A stretch of DNA of 64,000 nt from Paraspadella gotoi (taxonomy: Eukaryota; Animalia; Chaetognatha), in contig CM119266.1 in NCBI GenBank assembly GCA_051294375.1, positions 17,788,087-17,852,086 of the forward strand, read 5' to 3'. The translations under genes and the position numbers were made by a program. Under the pieces are notes generated by a model, which saw only the letters and a program-made list of their open reading frames with translations, had not been told where the DNA came from and did no database searches. Below, in pieces: positions 39,801-51,143 of the stretch. How positions within the stretch are numbered: position 1 is the first letter of the stretch; each line of letters starts with the position of its first letter.

Positions 39801-42800
39801 TTTTTGATCAAGAGGATAATTCATATTATTGTTAATATTATATCTCTGATATGATATTTTTTATCAGATTTGGGGTTAAAAATTGTTTTTGGCAAGCAGT
39901 AAACCAGGTTTGAATTATTGTTGCATAACGTAATGATGCATTAGTTTTATTATTAATAGAGGTAAATAAAATTGATAATTTTGTTCATAAAAAGGTTACC
40001 CAAAGCCTTATAACTTTTATTTATATTTTATAATATAAAAATTATATTTTGCAGTATTTACAATATTAATAAAATTTTAATATTATTATTTTTTTAATAT
40101 ATAAATTAAGATTCATTTCTGAATCTATTTTATTGGAGATGATACAATAATTATTAAATATGAGACTGAGAAAAGGTAAGAATTTTTAATAGTAACGGTT
40201 TTAAAATTTAAATTAACAAAAAGACAAATTTGATTTTTAATAATAATATATTTTACAAACGGACATGTTTTGACTTGTCCAATTTTTAATGTCATTAAAC
40301 TCGTTATTAAAATTTTAAAAATTGTTTTTCTTAAACTTATAAATATAATTAAAAAAAGTTTATATGAAATTGGTACAACCAATATAAAAATTATCCATTC
40401 ATTTAATAAATAAGCTATCTTGTCCCTGACTTTGGACAGGCTTTAGTGGTTTAAGGCCTCCATCACACTTACAAGATAATAACATAGCAGGTTTCTGCAA
40501 GCTTTCAATCAAGACTCTCTCACAGTCTTATTTATTCACTCCCAGTGAACCTGGCTTTCCTATCAATGAAGTGGTATAATATTTCAAAGAATGTTTCAAT
40601 TGTATGAAAAGACCACTCCCTTAAGTATTAGATCGGGGAATTCTTATATTAAAATATTAAAAATTAGCTAGAAAGTAACCGCGACAGTTTTATTTTTCCT
40701 TCATAGTAGTTATCAGTTTGCCCGTTATGCTGGGAGTCCCCCCGTCTTCTGCCCCATTGCGCTACTACTTAATCTAGCAGGAAGCTGACATCAGTTTACT
40801 GCGTCATCCACTTTGCAAGACGGCAAGTCCAAAAGGCTTGTTTCCCAGTTCATAGCCACCGCAAGTTTGGTTTTGTGGCTTCGTTCTGGACTCTTAGCCC
40901 TCTGATAAAAGTTTATCTGAAAATGGTGACATACATGACATAACTTACTATGTGACATCCTGTTTAGTAAAGTGTTTATTGTCGTCGTTAAAAATCCATT
41001 TGTGGACGGGTAGGAAGCTTATGTTTTACATTGTGGCTTATTAATATTTATAAATTAGTAAAAAAGCGAACTCTGTCAAAGCAGAAAAGAAACAAAAAGT
41101 AAAAAAGCAACGACAATATCTTTATATTAGTAAATTAATCAATGGTTATAAAATTGCTTTTTCCTTTTAATATGTAGGTTTTTTGTACATCCCTGTGCAA
41201 AGAAACGTACCACTTTATAATTTTAAATTCCAGATTCTTTAAAAAGATATTTTTAAAAATTATATGTCCAAAGTCATGGGCAAGATAGCTTATTTATTAA
41301 ATGAATGGATAATTTTCATATTGGTTGTACCAATTTCATAAAAAATAATTTTAAAAAAATCAATGTTTAAATTTTATTATAATTATTCAACTGGTTTAAT
41401 AGATATGAATTTTTAAAAAGTCTAAAATAAAGAAGCACGTTTTTTTTTTTCACAGGAGTGTAGTTTTTCTTTATCATTTTATTTATCATCCATCCATCCT
41501 CTCTCAACAGGAAGTAAAGACCGCCCGAGCCGCCGTCTCCAAGTTGAACCAGTTGAAGCTGACGCCGGGACGCCGCCGCGCCGCCGTCGCCTGCAAGCGG
41601 GCGTTGGAGGAATGTGCGGCTGGCGAGAGCGGGGGATCGTTAACCGACGACGAGGCGAGTCTCGGGAGCGATTCTCGTTTGTTTTTTTTAAACTTTTTTC
41701 ATTTCCCTTTTCCGGGGATCTCTCTCCCTCCCTCCCTTTCTTTTTTGGTTTCTGTCTCTATCATGTTTTCCTCTCTTTTTTCTAGACTCCTCCCTCTCCC
41801 CTCGTCTACGATCTCGGCCCTCCCCTTCCCGTCGTCGCTTTCGACGATCCTGCCGACGAGGCTTTCTTCCCCAATCTCATTGACTACTTTCAAGCGAAGC
41901 TGCAGCGCCGCGCCGCTCTGCGGACCGACCTGCAACGCCGCTATGACGTTTTTCGCTCGCAGCTGGTCGAAATCGAACAAGAGAACACGGCGCTGAGGAC
42001 TCAGGTGGTTTTTTGTGAGTGTGAATTTTGTGTTTCGCGCGTGTGCGTTTTGGTTTTTAAAATTGTGGGTAAGGGTGGCCGCACTCAATGTGGTGAGTCA
42101 AAAATTTAGAGCGAGTACATGCTCAAACGAAAATTTAAACATTTTTAAGTATACTTTCAATAGACAAAAAATTTATTAGATACCCTAGTAATTATTTTTT
42201 TAATATTTATCTATAGATAAATAGAAAGGCAAAACATTTTGAGGGGAAATTTAAAATTTTTAGACAAGATTCAGATATCTCATAAAAAGTTGTCTGTACT
42301 TATAATTCTTTTTAAGTATTTTTATGATTACTTTTATTATTACTTATCATAAAAATATTTAAAAAGAATTATAATTTGTACAGACAACTTTTTATGAGAT
42401 ATCTGAATCTGGTCTAAAAATTTAAAATTTCCCCTCAAAATGTTTTGCCTTTCCTATCTATAGATAAATATTAAAAAAATAATTACTAGGGTATATAATA
42501 CATTTTTTGTCCATTGAAAGTATACTTAAAAATGTATAAATTTTCGTTTGAGCATGTTCTCGCTCTAAATTATTGACTCACAACATTGAGTGCGGCCACC
42601 CTTACCCACAATTTTAAAAATCAAAAATAAGAAAAACCATATAAATCGTTATCATCATAATCATCATTTTTCAATGATTTTATCAGTTTTTTAAGATTTT
42701 TACTGAGAAAACGTAAAAAATTTTAAATGATGTAATTATATTTCTTGATTTACTTTTTATGCTCTAACAGAATCCATCAAAAAATTTTAAGATTTCAAAA

Positions 42801-45800
42801 AAAAAACATTTTCTTTATATAGTAAGATAATAATTTTAATTAGGCTAGTACCCTCAGAAAAAAGCAATTTTGAAAAAAAATATTTTAATACTATAATCTA
42901 TGCTCATGATAGATTAGCATTAGCATTTAAATTTAATCGGCTATGGCTATTGTGGGGTAAAGTTTTAATTTAACATTAGTACTATAAGTATGAGGGTTTT
43001 AAGCCTAGATAATTTCCCTCAGGTGACGGAGTTGCAAGCGGCTGTACAGGCCAGGGATAAGGAAGTTTCCAGGTGAGTCCGTAAATCAAAGATTTCGACA
43101 TGATATTCATTCAATAAATGAGGTCTCTTAACTTGTGACTTCAAACGGCTTTGATGGGTTAAATATTACAATAATTCTTCTTAATCGTTAACATTGTCTG
43201 TCTAAGACCATGGAAAAACCGAAAAACAAAACTAAAGTGAAACTCTGAAAAGAAACTATAACGTTTGACGTTCATTCAATACTGCAGTTGTGGCGGTATA
43301 TTCACACCCTCACATCCATCATCGTTCAGCCAATCCCATTTGCTCAGAGGGGGAACGCACGATGCCAGGCGTTGCGTTCCATCCGTAGTCCTAACGACTT
43401 CCTTCTGCGTTTGCAAAGCCAGACCATCTTAGGATAACCACGCCAGTGACAGGAGGCGTCACTGAGGGTAGGAAGCCCCCTAAAGCAAACAGTTAGATGC
43501 CCCATCCCAATGGGCATCACAGGCAATCCGGCTGTTGCCATAAGTGGTGAGCCCTACTATCGAGCACGCAACCTTCTCAGGGTATGCTACGACAAACGCC
43601 TATACACTGCCAACTTCGTATACGCTACAAACGCCTATGCTCCGGGGGTGTGCTACGACAAATGCCTAATTGCCTATGCCCCCATAACTCTCTCTTTCTC
43701 TCCCACTATGGTAACAGTCTTATCAGACACCTTTCAGGCCTGGAGAACCTGAGTGATGTCTTGGCCTAGGGATCCTGTGGCGGTATATTCACAACGCCTT
43801 ACATTCATCATCGTTCAGCCAATGCCATTGGCTCTCTGGGAGAACGCACCATCCCAGGCGTTGCGTTCCATCCACAGTCCTAACAACTTCCCTCTGCATT
43901 GGCAAAGCGAGACTGTCCTTGGGTAACCGCGCCAGTGCAGGAGGCATCACTGAGGGTCGGAAGCACCCAAAAGCCAACAGTGAGATGCCCCTTCCCATTG
44001 GGCATCACAGGCAACTCGGCTGTTGCCATACAGTTTGTAAATGTGATTGAGCGATTCAAACAGATTTAAGACCATACAACATAATTATCTCTTACCGGAT
44101 GTCAATAGTCAATGCATATAATTTTATTTCTAAGATCTACTGTTCGAAAAATTTAGTTCTCAAAAGAATAGTCGCCTTCTTTAATGATTGAAATACAGAT
44201 CTACTCAAAAAAAAGTTTAAACTTTGAACCCCCTACTATCTCGCTTGTTTGTCGTCCTATTAATTAAATCTTGGTTTCATATGAAAGTCAAGACAAATAT
44301 CTTTCATTCGAGGATCAAAATTTTGTCGTACAATTTTTTTTTTTTGCGCAAAAATGTCTTATCCTTCTTTGTTTTATGTTTCTTTGTTTTGTTACCATGG
44401 AAACTTCAAAACAGCTAAACCCCAAAAAGAAAGCTTTGGAAGGCGGGTTTGTCAAGATATAGGATCGCCAAACAGCTTCATTTCTCTCCTAAAGCCATCT
44501 GCAGAGTTGTCAACAAATTTGAAGCAACTGGAAACCTTGGATGAGCTGTTGGAAGTAAGCGGCCTTGCATGTCCATGAAGAGCAAGGACGATGACCTGGA
44601 AAGTCTTGCAATTCAAGACCATAAGACTTCTGCAAGCCAGTTGAGAAAAAAATGGAGAGAAGAAGAATTGTTGCCAGTCATTTAACAGTGAATGGGCGAC
44701 TTTTCATGAAAAATAGAGCCCCTGGATACAAAGCCAAAGCCCCCAAAAAATTTCATGAGGAAAACGGGATGGAGGTGCTCGAAGGTTAGCCCGGAAACTC
44801 ACCTGACTGCAACATCATCGAAAATGTTTGGTCAAGGATGAAAAGGGACATTTTGCAGTACAATGCAATGACAGTCGCCAAAATCAAGAAAATTTTAAAA
44901 CACATTTGGGGGAGCTGAACCCTCCACAGCCTCTACGACTCTCTCCCTTGTCTCATGGAAACGGTGCTGGAAGCAAAAAGTGGTCCGACAATGTATTAAC
45001 TGAGTCCTAAAAAGTATTATTTTCCTTCAAATAATGAAATAAAATGCTTTTATCATAACTATTAAACTTTTTTTTGAGCAGATCTGTATTTTAATCAATA
45101 ACTTTAACCTTGTTTTGTCTATAGTGGTAGTTTTTATGCAATCTTTAACTTTTTTTTATCTTTAGTATTAGCTTTGTTTGATGCTCATATATCTACTGAA
45201 TCAACCTTGTTAAATTCGAAATAAAAAGCATATTAAGCAGGACCTTTCAATCAAGATTCTTTTACAGTTAACTATGTTAGCAACTTTTTTATTTCAACGT
45301 CTCTCTATTTCTCCTTCAGATTGAAGCGACGCCTCCAACATGCGGAGGCGTCGTCGACGGCGTTGAAGAAAACCCACGCGGAGGCGGTCTTGGCCAAGAA
45401 GGACCTCGAGTCTGAACTCGAGACTAAGGCCGCCAAGATACGCCAGGAAAGGGACGCCCGTCGCCGTCTTCAGGAGGAGATGGCGTCAAAGATGGCGCTA
45501 TGGGAGAAGCACATGAGCTCCAAGCACGCGCAGGAGATGCGGAAGCAGGCGACCAAGCACGAGGCCGAGAAGCGCGCTCAGGGCCAACGATTATTGGCAC
45601 TGAAGGAAATCATCAATCTGGAGAATCCACAAGCGCTGCTATTCGAAGCTGATTCGGGCGGCTCAGGCGCGGCCACTGCGGCGGCGTCGTCCTGCGGCGC
45701 TGCAGTTAACGACGCTGGCGCAGCTTCGTCTTCGTCTCACGTGAAGAATCTCGTCTCGTCTTTCGAACCTCGCGTCGTCGTCTCTTCTTCTTCCTCCGAA

Positions 45801-46613
45801 TCTCTTCCTTCTTCTTCTTCCTCCAACACTCATCCTAAACGCCTTGTCAGCGGCGCCTCAGCCTCCGCTCGTTCCCGCGTTGCCGCCGCTTCCGCCGGCC
45901 GCGCTACTTCCTCCACCTCTTCCGTCGCTCGTTCCCGCGTCGCCGCCAGCCAGCGCTCCAAATCTCCGCCGCCCTCTACAGTCGTAGGCGCTGGGGAAGC
46001 CTCCCGTTCGGCGTTGCCCGTCGGTGGCCCGTCCCGGCGCCGCAGCCGCAGTCAGGGAAACAACGTGTGGCTGGATCATCGTCCAGCGCCGCCGCCGGAA
46101 GTGGCCGACGCCGGAGCCGCCACCGACTCTATCCTGAGACCGAAGATTCCGTCGGGAGAGAAACGCGTTAGTAGAAAGTCGTTGACGAGGATCGAAGCGA
46201 AGGACGCGGAGAAGGCGACGAAGTACGTGTTGACGACGCAGAGGGTGGATTCGGAAGGAGAGGTGGAGACGCAGGTGAGGTGGTGGAGGGTTGGAAATTA
46301 TTATGATTACAGCGAGATGCGAACGAGATTCAGCGACTTAAATTTTTTTTCTCCCTTCGCTATTTCTTTAACCCATCTCCAGGTCTACAAGGGCGACGTG
46401 TTCCCGACTCGTGGCGGCGGATCCGAAGTTAAGATGACGGAACTGGAAATTCACCGACAGCGCCGCTTCTCGCCCGGTGCCAAGAGGTCTTACTCTGCGT
46501 CGCGGGAACCCGAAGACGACGCCGTCGACGAAGTAGAGTCGCGCTGCAACATCGCCATCGAAGGCCACGCCCACAACGGAGGAGGTGGTGCCACCAAGTC
46601 GAGGAAGAATTGA
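36894..46613 (+). CDS. KIF23: Kinesin-6 KIF23/MKLP1/pavarotti (centralspindlin)
   Basis: [23 protein letters not shown], kinesin-6 loop-6 insert, [25 protein letters not shown], coiled coil, RRSRS motif, [25 protein letters not shown] Arf6-binding tail. Confidence 0.95.
40363..41340. mobile_element. Non-autonomous TIR element (~76-bp TIRs)
   Basis: TATGAAATTGGTACAACCAATAT...GACTTTGGACA mirrored at 41265-41340; same terminus recurs at ~62592-62614. Confidence 0.8.
42048..42626. repeat. ~580-bp near-perfect palindrome (foldback element)
   Basis: Arms of ~280 bp (TAAGGGTGGCCGCACTCAATG... / ...CATTGAGTGCGGCCACCCTTA) with centre near 42338. Confidence 0.9.
43409..43490 (+). ncRNA. Twister ribozyme-like motif (P5-type permutation), degenerate copy in 5' LTR
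   Basis: GTTTGC(P5)-AAA-GCCA-GACCA-TCTTAGGA-TAA-CCAC-GC-CAGTGAC/GTCACTG(P3)-AGGG-TAGGAAGC-CCC-..-GCAAAC(P5'). Confidence 0.6.
43898..43978 (+). ncRNA. Twister ribozyme-like motif (P5-type permutation) in 3' LTR; predicted cleavage U43924^A43925
   Basis: ATTGGC-AAA-GCGA-GA-CTG-TCCTTGGG-TAA-CCGC-GC-P3-AGGG-TCGG-AA-GC-ACCC-AAAA-GCCAAC; T1 (CGG/CTG) and T2 (GC/GC) pseudoknot pairs present. Confidence 0.7.
44196..45086 (+). mobile_element. Decayed, internally deleted Tc1-like transposon
   Basis: TA-flanked TIRs CAGATCT(A/G)CTCAAAAAAAAGTTTAA; remnant [14 protein letters not shown] (Tc1 WPxNSPDLNPIENxW motif) at ~44790-44835. Confidence 0.85.
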
Positions 46614-47426
46614 TAAAATGAGATCGGGTTAGCGTCTCTCCTCGTTCCGTCTTTAGCAAAGATGCGAATCGTCAAAACTGTTATTCTAAAAATGTTATTC
46701 TTGGGCCCAAAAAAGATTTGAAGGTATGATGAGCTGTAATTTTTATAGGATGGCTCACTAATGTTTTACTAAACGAGCCACAAATGAGAGATGTTGACAG
46801 TTCCAGTGATTCTTCAAAAATTTGAGTCCAACAGGTATTCCACTTTTCCAGTGCCTTATTAACTATATTACTACTCGTTCACTACTCGTTTTTTTTTTGA
46901 AACCCGTTTTTCTCAGGTCGATTGATTACTTAAGCCATTTGTGCCATTAGTAATAGTATTACTTTTTTTTCGTTTATTATTTTTATTTTATTCTTGCCTT
47001 AGTGAGATTCCTATCCGTACAATCCGTCCCTCTTTATGCGCGATCCGTATTTTGGGAGTCGCTTTTTTTATCCGAGTCTTTCGACGTAAACCCTAACCAC
47101 CAAAACTTATAATAATTGTAATAACCTTTTCTCGCTATGCTCAAAATTTTGGACTCTTCCGACAAATTTGTTATACTTAAAAAGTTACATATTAGCTTAA
47201 CTTTTATATTTTTTTATATATCGTACGATTTCTCCACCGAAACTAATAATAAAGCATAAAGTTATGTAATTGTTACCCTATTTGTTTCCTATTTTACTAG
47301 GTGCACTTTTTGAGATTTCTCGATCCGTTATTGAAAGTATCTCAAAATGAATAAACCATTAAAGGAATCGTCGTTAAACATCTTATAAATATAATATGTA
47401 AAGATAGTAATAAGACTCTCTGCCCA

Positions 47427-48906
47427 ATGAAACTGGATCTAGCGCCATCTTCCCCGACGAGAGACGCGATGACGTCGACGCGAATCGGGCGCCGGGTTCA
47501 AGCGGAAACGCACCGCGGCATCGTCCGATTCGACGGCGTCGTCGCCGGAACCAAGGGGTTGTGGCTCGGCGTGGATTGGGATGACGCCGCCAGAGGGAAG
47601 CACGACGGGTCGCACGAAGGCGTCTCCTATTTCGTCGCCTCCTCGTCCACCAGCGCGTCTTTCGTCAGGGAGACGAAGGTCGACTTTGGAAAACCATTTT
47701 GCCAGTGAGGGAGGAATATTTCACCATTTAAAAAAAATGACTTCACGAAAAAGAAATTAAAATAAAATTATACAAAAACATTTCTCTAATTTTTAATTTC
47801 ATACAGTAAATGAAAAGTTAGTTTGATTAAGAGAATAAGTTTGTTTTGAGGCGACTGTTAGAGAGGTATTCTTGGGGTATTCGAAATAACATATATTGGT
47901 TGTACTGTAGGACTGTATTTTATAGGGTTAGCTTCAAATTCAAGTTTTACTTTTAAAACGCCAACAATACTATATGCAAATGAGTATGACGAACTATTAT
48001 TTGAAACAATTTATTACGTGTAATTAAGAGTTACCGACAATCAACGATTTTCCCGACTTATAAAGGGCTGTCCGCGAACGATACACGACGCGTCTCTCTC
48101 CGGAAGTCGCTGATTCGATGTACGTCAAGGGCGACGGGAACCAGATAACGTCGGTCAAACTCGTCGGCAACGAGGCCATCGCCAACCGACAGTCTCAGAC
48201 CGACAAACTAAAAGAAATTCACGTGGCCGACATGAGGGTCGCCGGGCTAAGAGCGCCGGGAGATGAGGATGTGGAGGGAGAAGGCGAGACGACAGAAAAG
48301 TTTTTTATTATTATTAAATATATATTATATAAGAGATGAATAATATTGTTAATATTATTTATTATCCCCTTTTGTCAGACTCGGCCTCATATCCTCGCCT
48401 TGCCACGACCCTCGGCCTTCAAGCCAACCTCATCTCCTCTTGGGACGACGTCGCCTCCATCGTTCGTCCCATGACTTTTCTTTCTTCTCTTCTCCTCGAT
48501 GACAATCGACTCGCGCCTCCGGAAGACGCCGGACGATTCGGAGACGCCTTCCGCTCGCTCGTCGTTATCTCGCTCAATAGAATGAATTTGGATTGGTGAG
48601 AGAGAGAGAGAGAGAGAGAGAGAAGATCATTGATATTGAATATGAAATAGGAGTAGAGCTTTAGGCCAGTTTTCAAAACTACCTCAAAAAGCTACTTTAT
48701 CAAAAATAGAATTTAGCACGATCCTGTTACTTTAAACAATTATAACTTCTACTACTTTTTGTACTTCAATTTTACTTCAAGCTATTCTATCAAGATTACA
48801 CGGTCATATTACTTCAACTGTTAGTTATACTAAGCTGCTATATCACTTTCAAGTTTACATGATAATGGACTCTTTCTAAATTACAGTGTAAACAAGTGTT
48901 TTTGTT

Positions 48907-48964
<58 letters not shown>

Positions 48965-50783
48965 ATTGGCCGACGTCTTACTTTCTAGTAAACTCATTTT
49001 CCTCCAAGGTCAACTCTCTCCGCTTGCTTCCCGATGTGGCCTTCGTTAGAGGAGTTGATCGCCGCCGACAACTCCATCACCTCCACCACCTCTTCTTCCC
49101 CCCTCCCTCCTCGCCTCCGCCTCCTCAATCTCGACGGCAACGCCCTCCTCCATTGGCGCCACGTCTTCCGTTTGGCGCCGCAACTTCAGGGTCTTCAGAC
49201 TCTCTCCGTCGCAGGCTGTCGTCTCGGCGACTTGGAGGACGCCGATCTGGGAGAAGAGGCGTCGTTTTCCCCGCTCTTTCCCGCCCTCAACCGCCTCTCA
49301 GCTCAGAACAACGTCGTGGCGCGATGGACGACCCTAAGTTTTTTGGCGGTGGCGGCGCCCCGTGTTGAGGATCTCGTCTTCGCGAGGAATCCCGTTCTAC
49401 AGGTGGAGAATAGAGGTTAAGTGAAATTATAAACTATTTAATTAATTATTTATTAAACTAAATCAAGACGGAGAACTTCGAGACGAACCGGCAATTGATT
49501 CTCATGAAGTTTCCTCGACTCCGTCGCCTTGATCACATCGAGATCGACGCCGTCGAGAGACGCGGAGCCGAAATCGATTACTACAAAAGATTTGCCGCCG
49601 ACTTCCTCCGCGCCTCCGACGCCGAGGCTCGGGGCACCTTTCGCCGCGAACATCCCGCCTACGACGGTGAATTATTTTTTTAGTTGTACCTGTAGTACTT
49701 GCTTAGCTAATTTGAGTCGCTTTTCGGTCAGTCTGTCCGAACAAATAACTTATATTTAAAAAGCTTATTACTTTACTATAAAATTAGTTTCAACACTCAA
49801 CAATTAGTGGCAATTATGAATTAATTTCAAAAATTATTATTAAATTCAAGGTCAAAATTGACCATGCTTTATTCCTGTTCATGACCAATTGGCCATACAG
49901 TGGAGATCTGATTATAAAATAAAATAAAGAATAAAATAAAAATAAAATCGTCTGCTGAAAAAAAAAAATTCCAATGCCAGCTCTCTATGTTCAAAGTGCT
50001 GTCGCAAAACTTTACTTTTATACAATTCTATTCGCTATTTCTGATTACAATAAATCGATTCATCTCATTTGTTTTACCATTTTTATCTCGACCACCTCAA
50101 CTACATATCATTTTTAGGGTCATGCCTTATACTTGTCATGTTAAACGATTCCCTTAAACACCCTCAGGCCTCGTCTCGCTCTTCGGGGCCCCTGAACTGC
50201 AGATGGTGGCGGCGGAGGCGAAAGTCTCGGCGCCGAAGACGCTCAAAGCGGCGCTGGTCGAGGTGGAACTCGGCGTTGAAGGCGCCGCGGCCACCAAAGG
50301 CGGTGCCACTCGAGTGAAGAAGAAGATTCCGGCGTCGATGTCGGTGAAGAAGGCGAAGGCGATGGCGGCGAGGATGTTCGGAGGCGGAGTCGATCCTAGG
50401 GGATATGAGGTCAGAATGGACCGACGGATGCACGAGTAGTTAAAGAGAGGCAAGAACTTAGGGAGAGAAGGATGAATGGATGTTGATGGAGCAACAGACG
50501 CATGAATGGAGGAACGGAATGATGAATGGAAAGGATGATAGACTGACGGACAGATAAACGAACGGAAGGGTGGACAGAGGGATGGACGTGAAAACTGAAA
50601 AAGAAGAACAACAGGACCGATCTAACGGAAAGACGGAGAGATTGACTCACCCTTTTTTTGTTTGTTCGTCAGGTGAAAATTGTAAGCGACGATCGAAGTT
50701 TCTTCGTAGACAACGAATTCAAAGAAATCGGATATTACGAGGTCGTCGACGGAGATTTGTTGTTGTTGTCCAAGTTGTCGTAG
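47427..50783 (+). CDS. TBCE: Tubulin-specific chaperone E (start may be 47469)
   Basis: CAP-Gly WLGVDWDDAARGKHDGSHEGVSYF, LRR exons (LLLDDNRL, LNLDGNAL), ERRGAEIDY motif, C-terminal ubiquitin-like region. Confidence 0.92.
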
Positions 50784-51143
50784 TTCCCGCCTTTCTATGT
50801 GATTGGCCTGATCTCTCCCGTTGATTCGCATATTGTGCTCACAGAACGAATAATCGGTAATTTGTGATCGGAATGTCCGATTTTTTTAAAACCAAAGTCA
50901 AAGACGCAAACTTTTTCCATTTTGTGATTAATAAGAGAAATATTTTCTTATTAAACTCAACCAACGAAAAGAAAGAAAAACAACATTTTGTGATTGAAAA
51001 ATAATTGTGACTAGTATATAGTATTAGATATCATCTACAATCGCGTTGGCCTTTTTTGTTTACAATTTTTTTTTTTTTTACACCAAAAACTTTTTTTCAG
51101 AAACTATTTCCCAATGTTTTTTGCGAGACTTTCGAATTTCGTC

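Larger units (their letters stand above)
43289..44030 (+). mobile_element. Complete 742-bp non-autonomous LTR retroelement (TRIM/retrozyme-like): LTR 43289-43542, internal region, LTR 43776-44030
   Basis: Two ~255-bp direct repeats TG...TA, perfect 4-bp TSD CAGT (43285-43288, 44031-44034), PBS-like TGGTGAGCCC 2 nt after the 5' LTR, no ORF. Confidence 0.85.

Noticed and set aside
46275-46382. Continuous 430-aa ORF 45321-46613 as a single exon
   Set aside because: A 108-nt GT-AG intron interrupts the conserved ETQ/VYKGD motif; the in-frame read-through is probably chance
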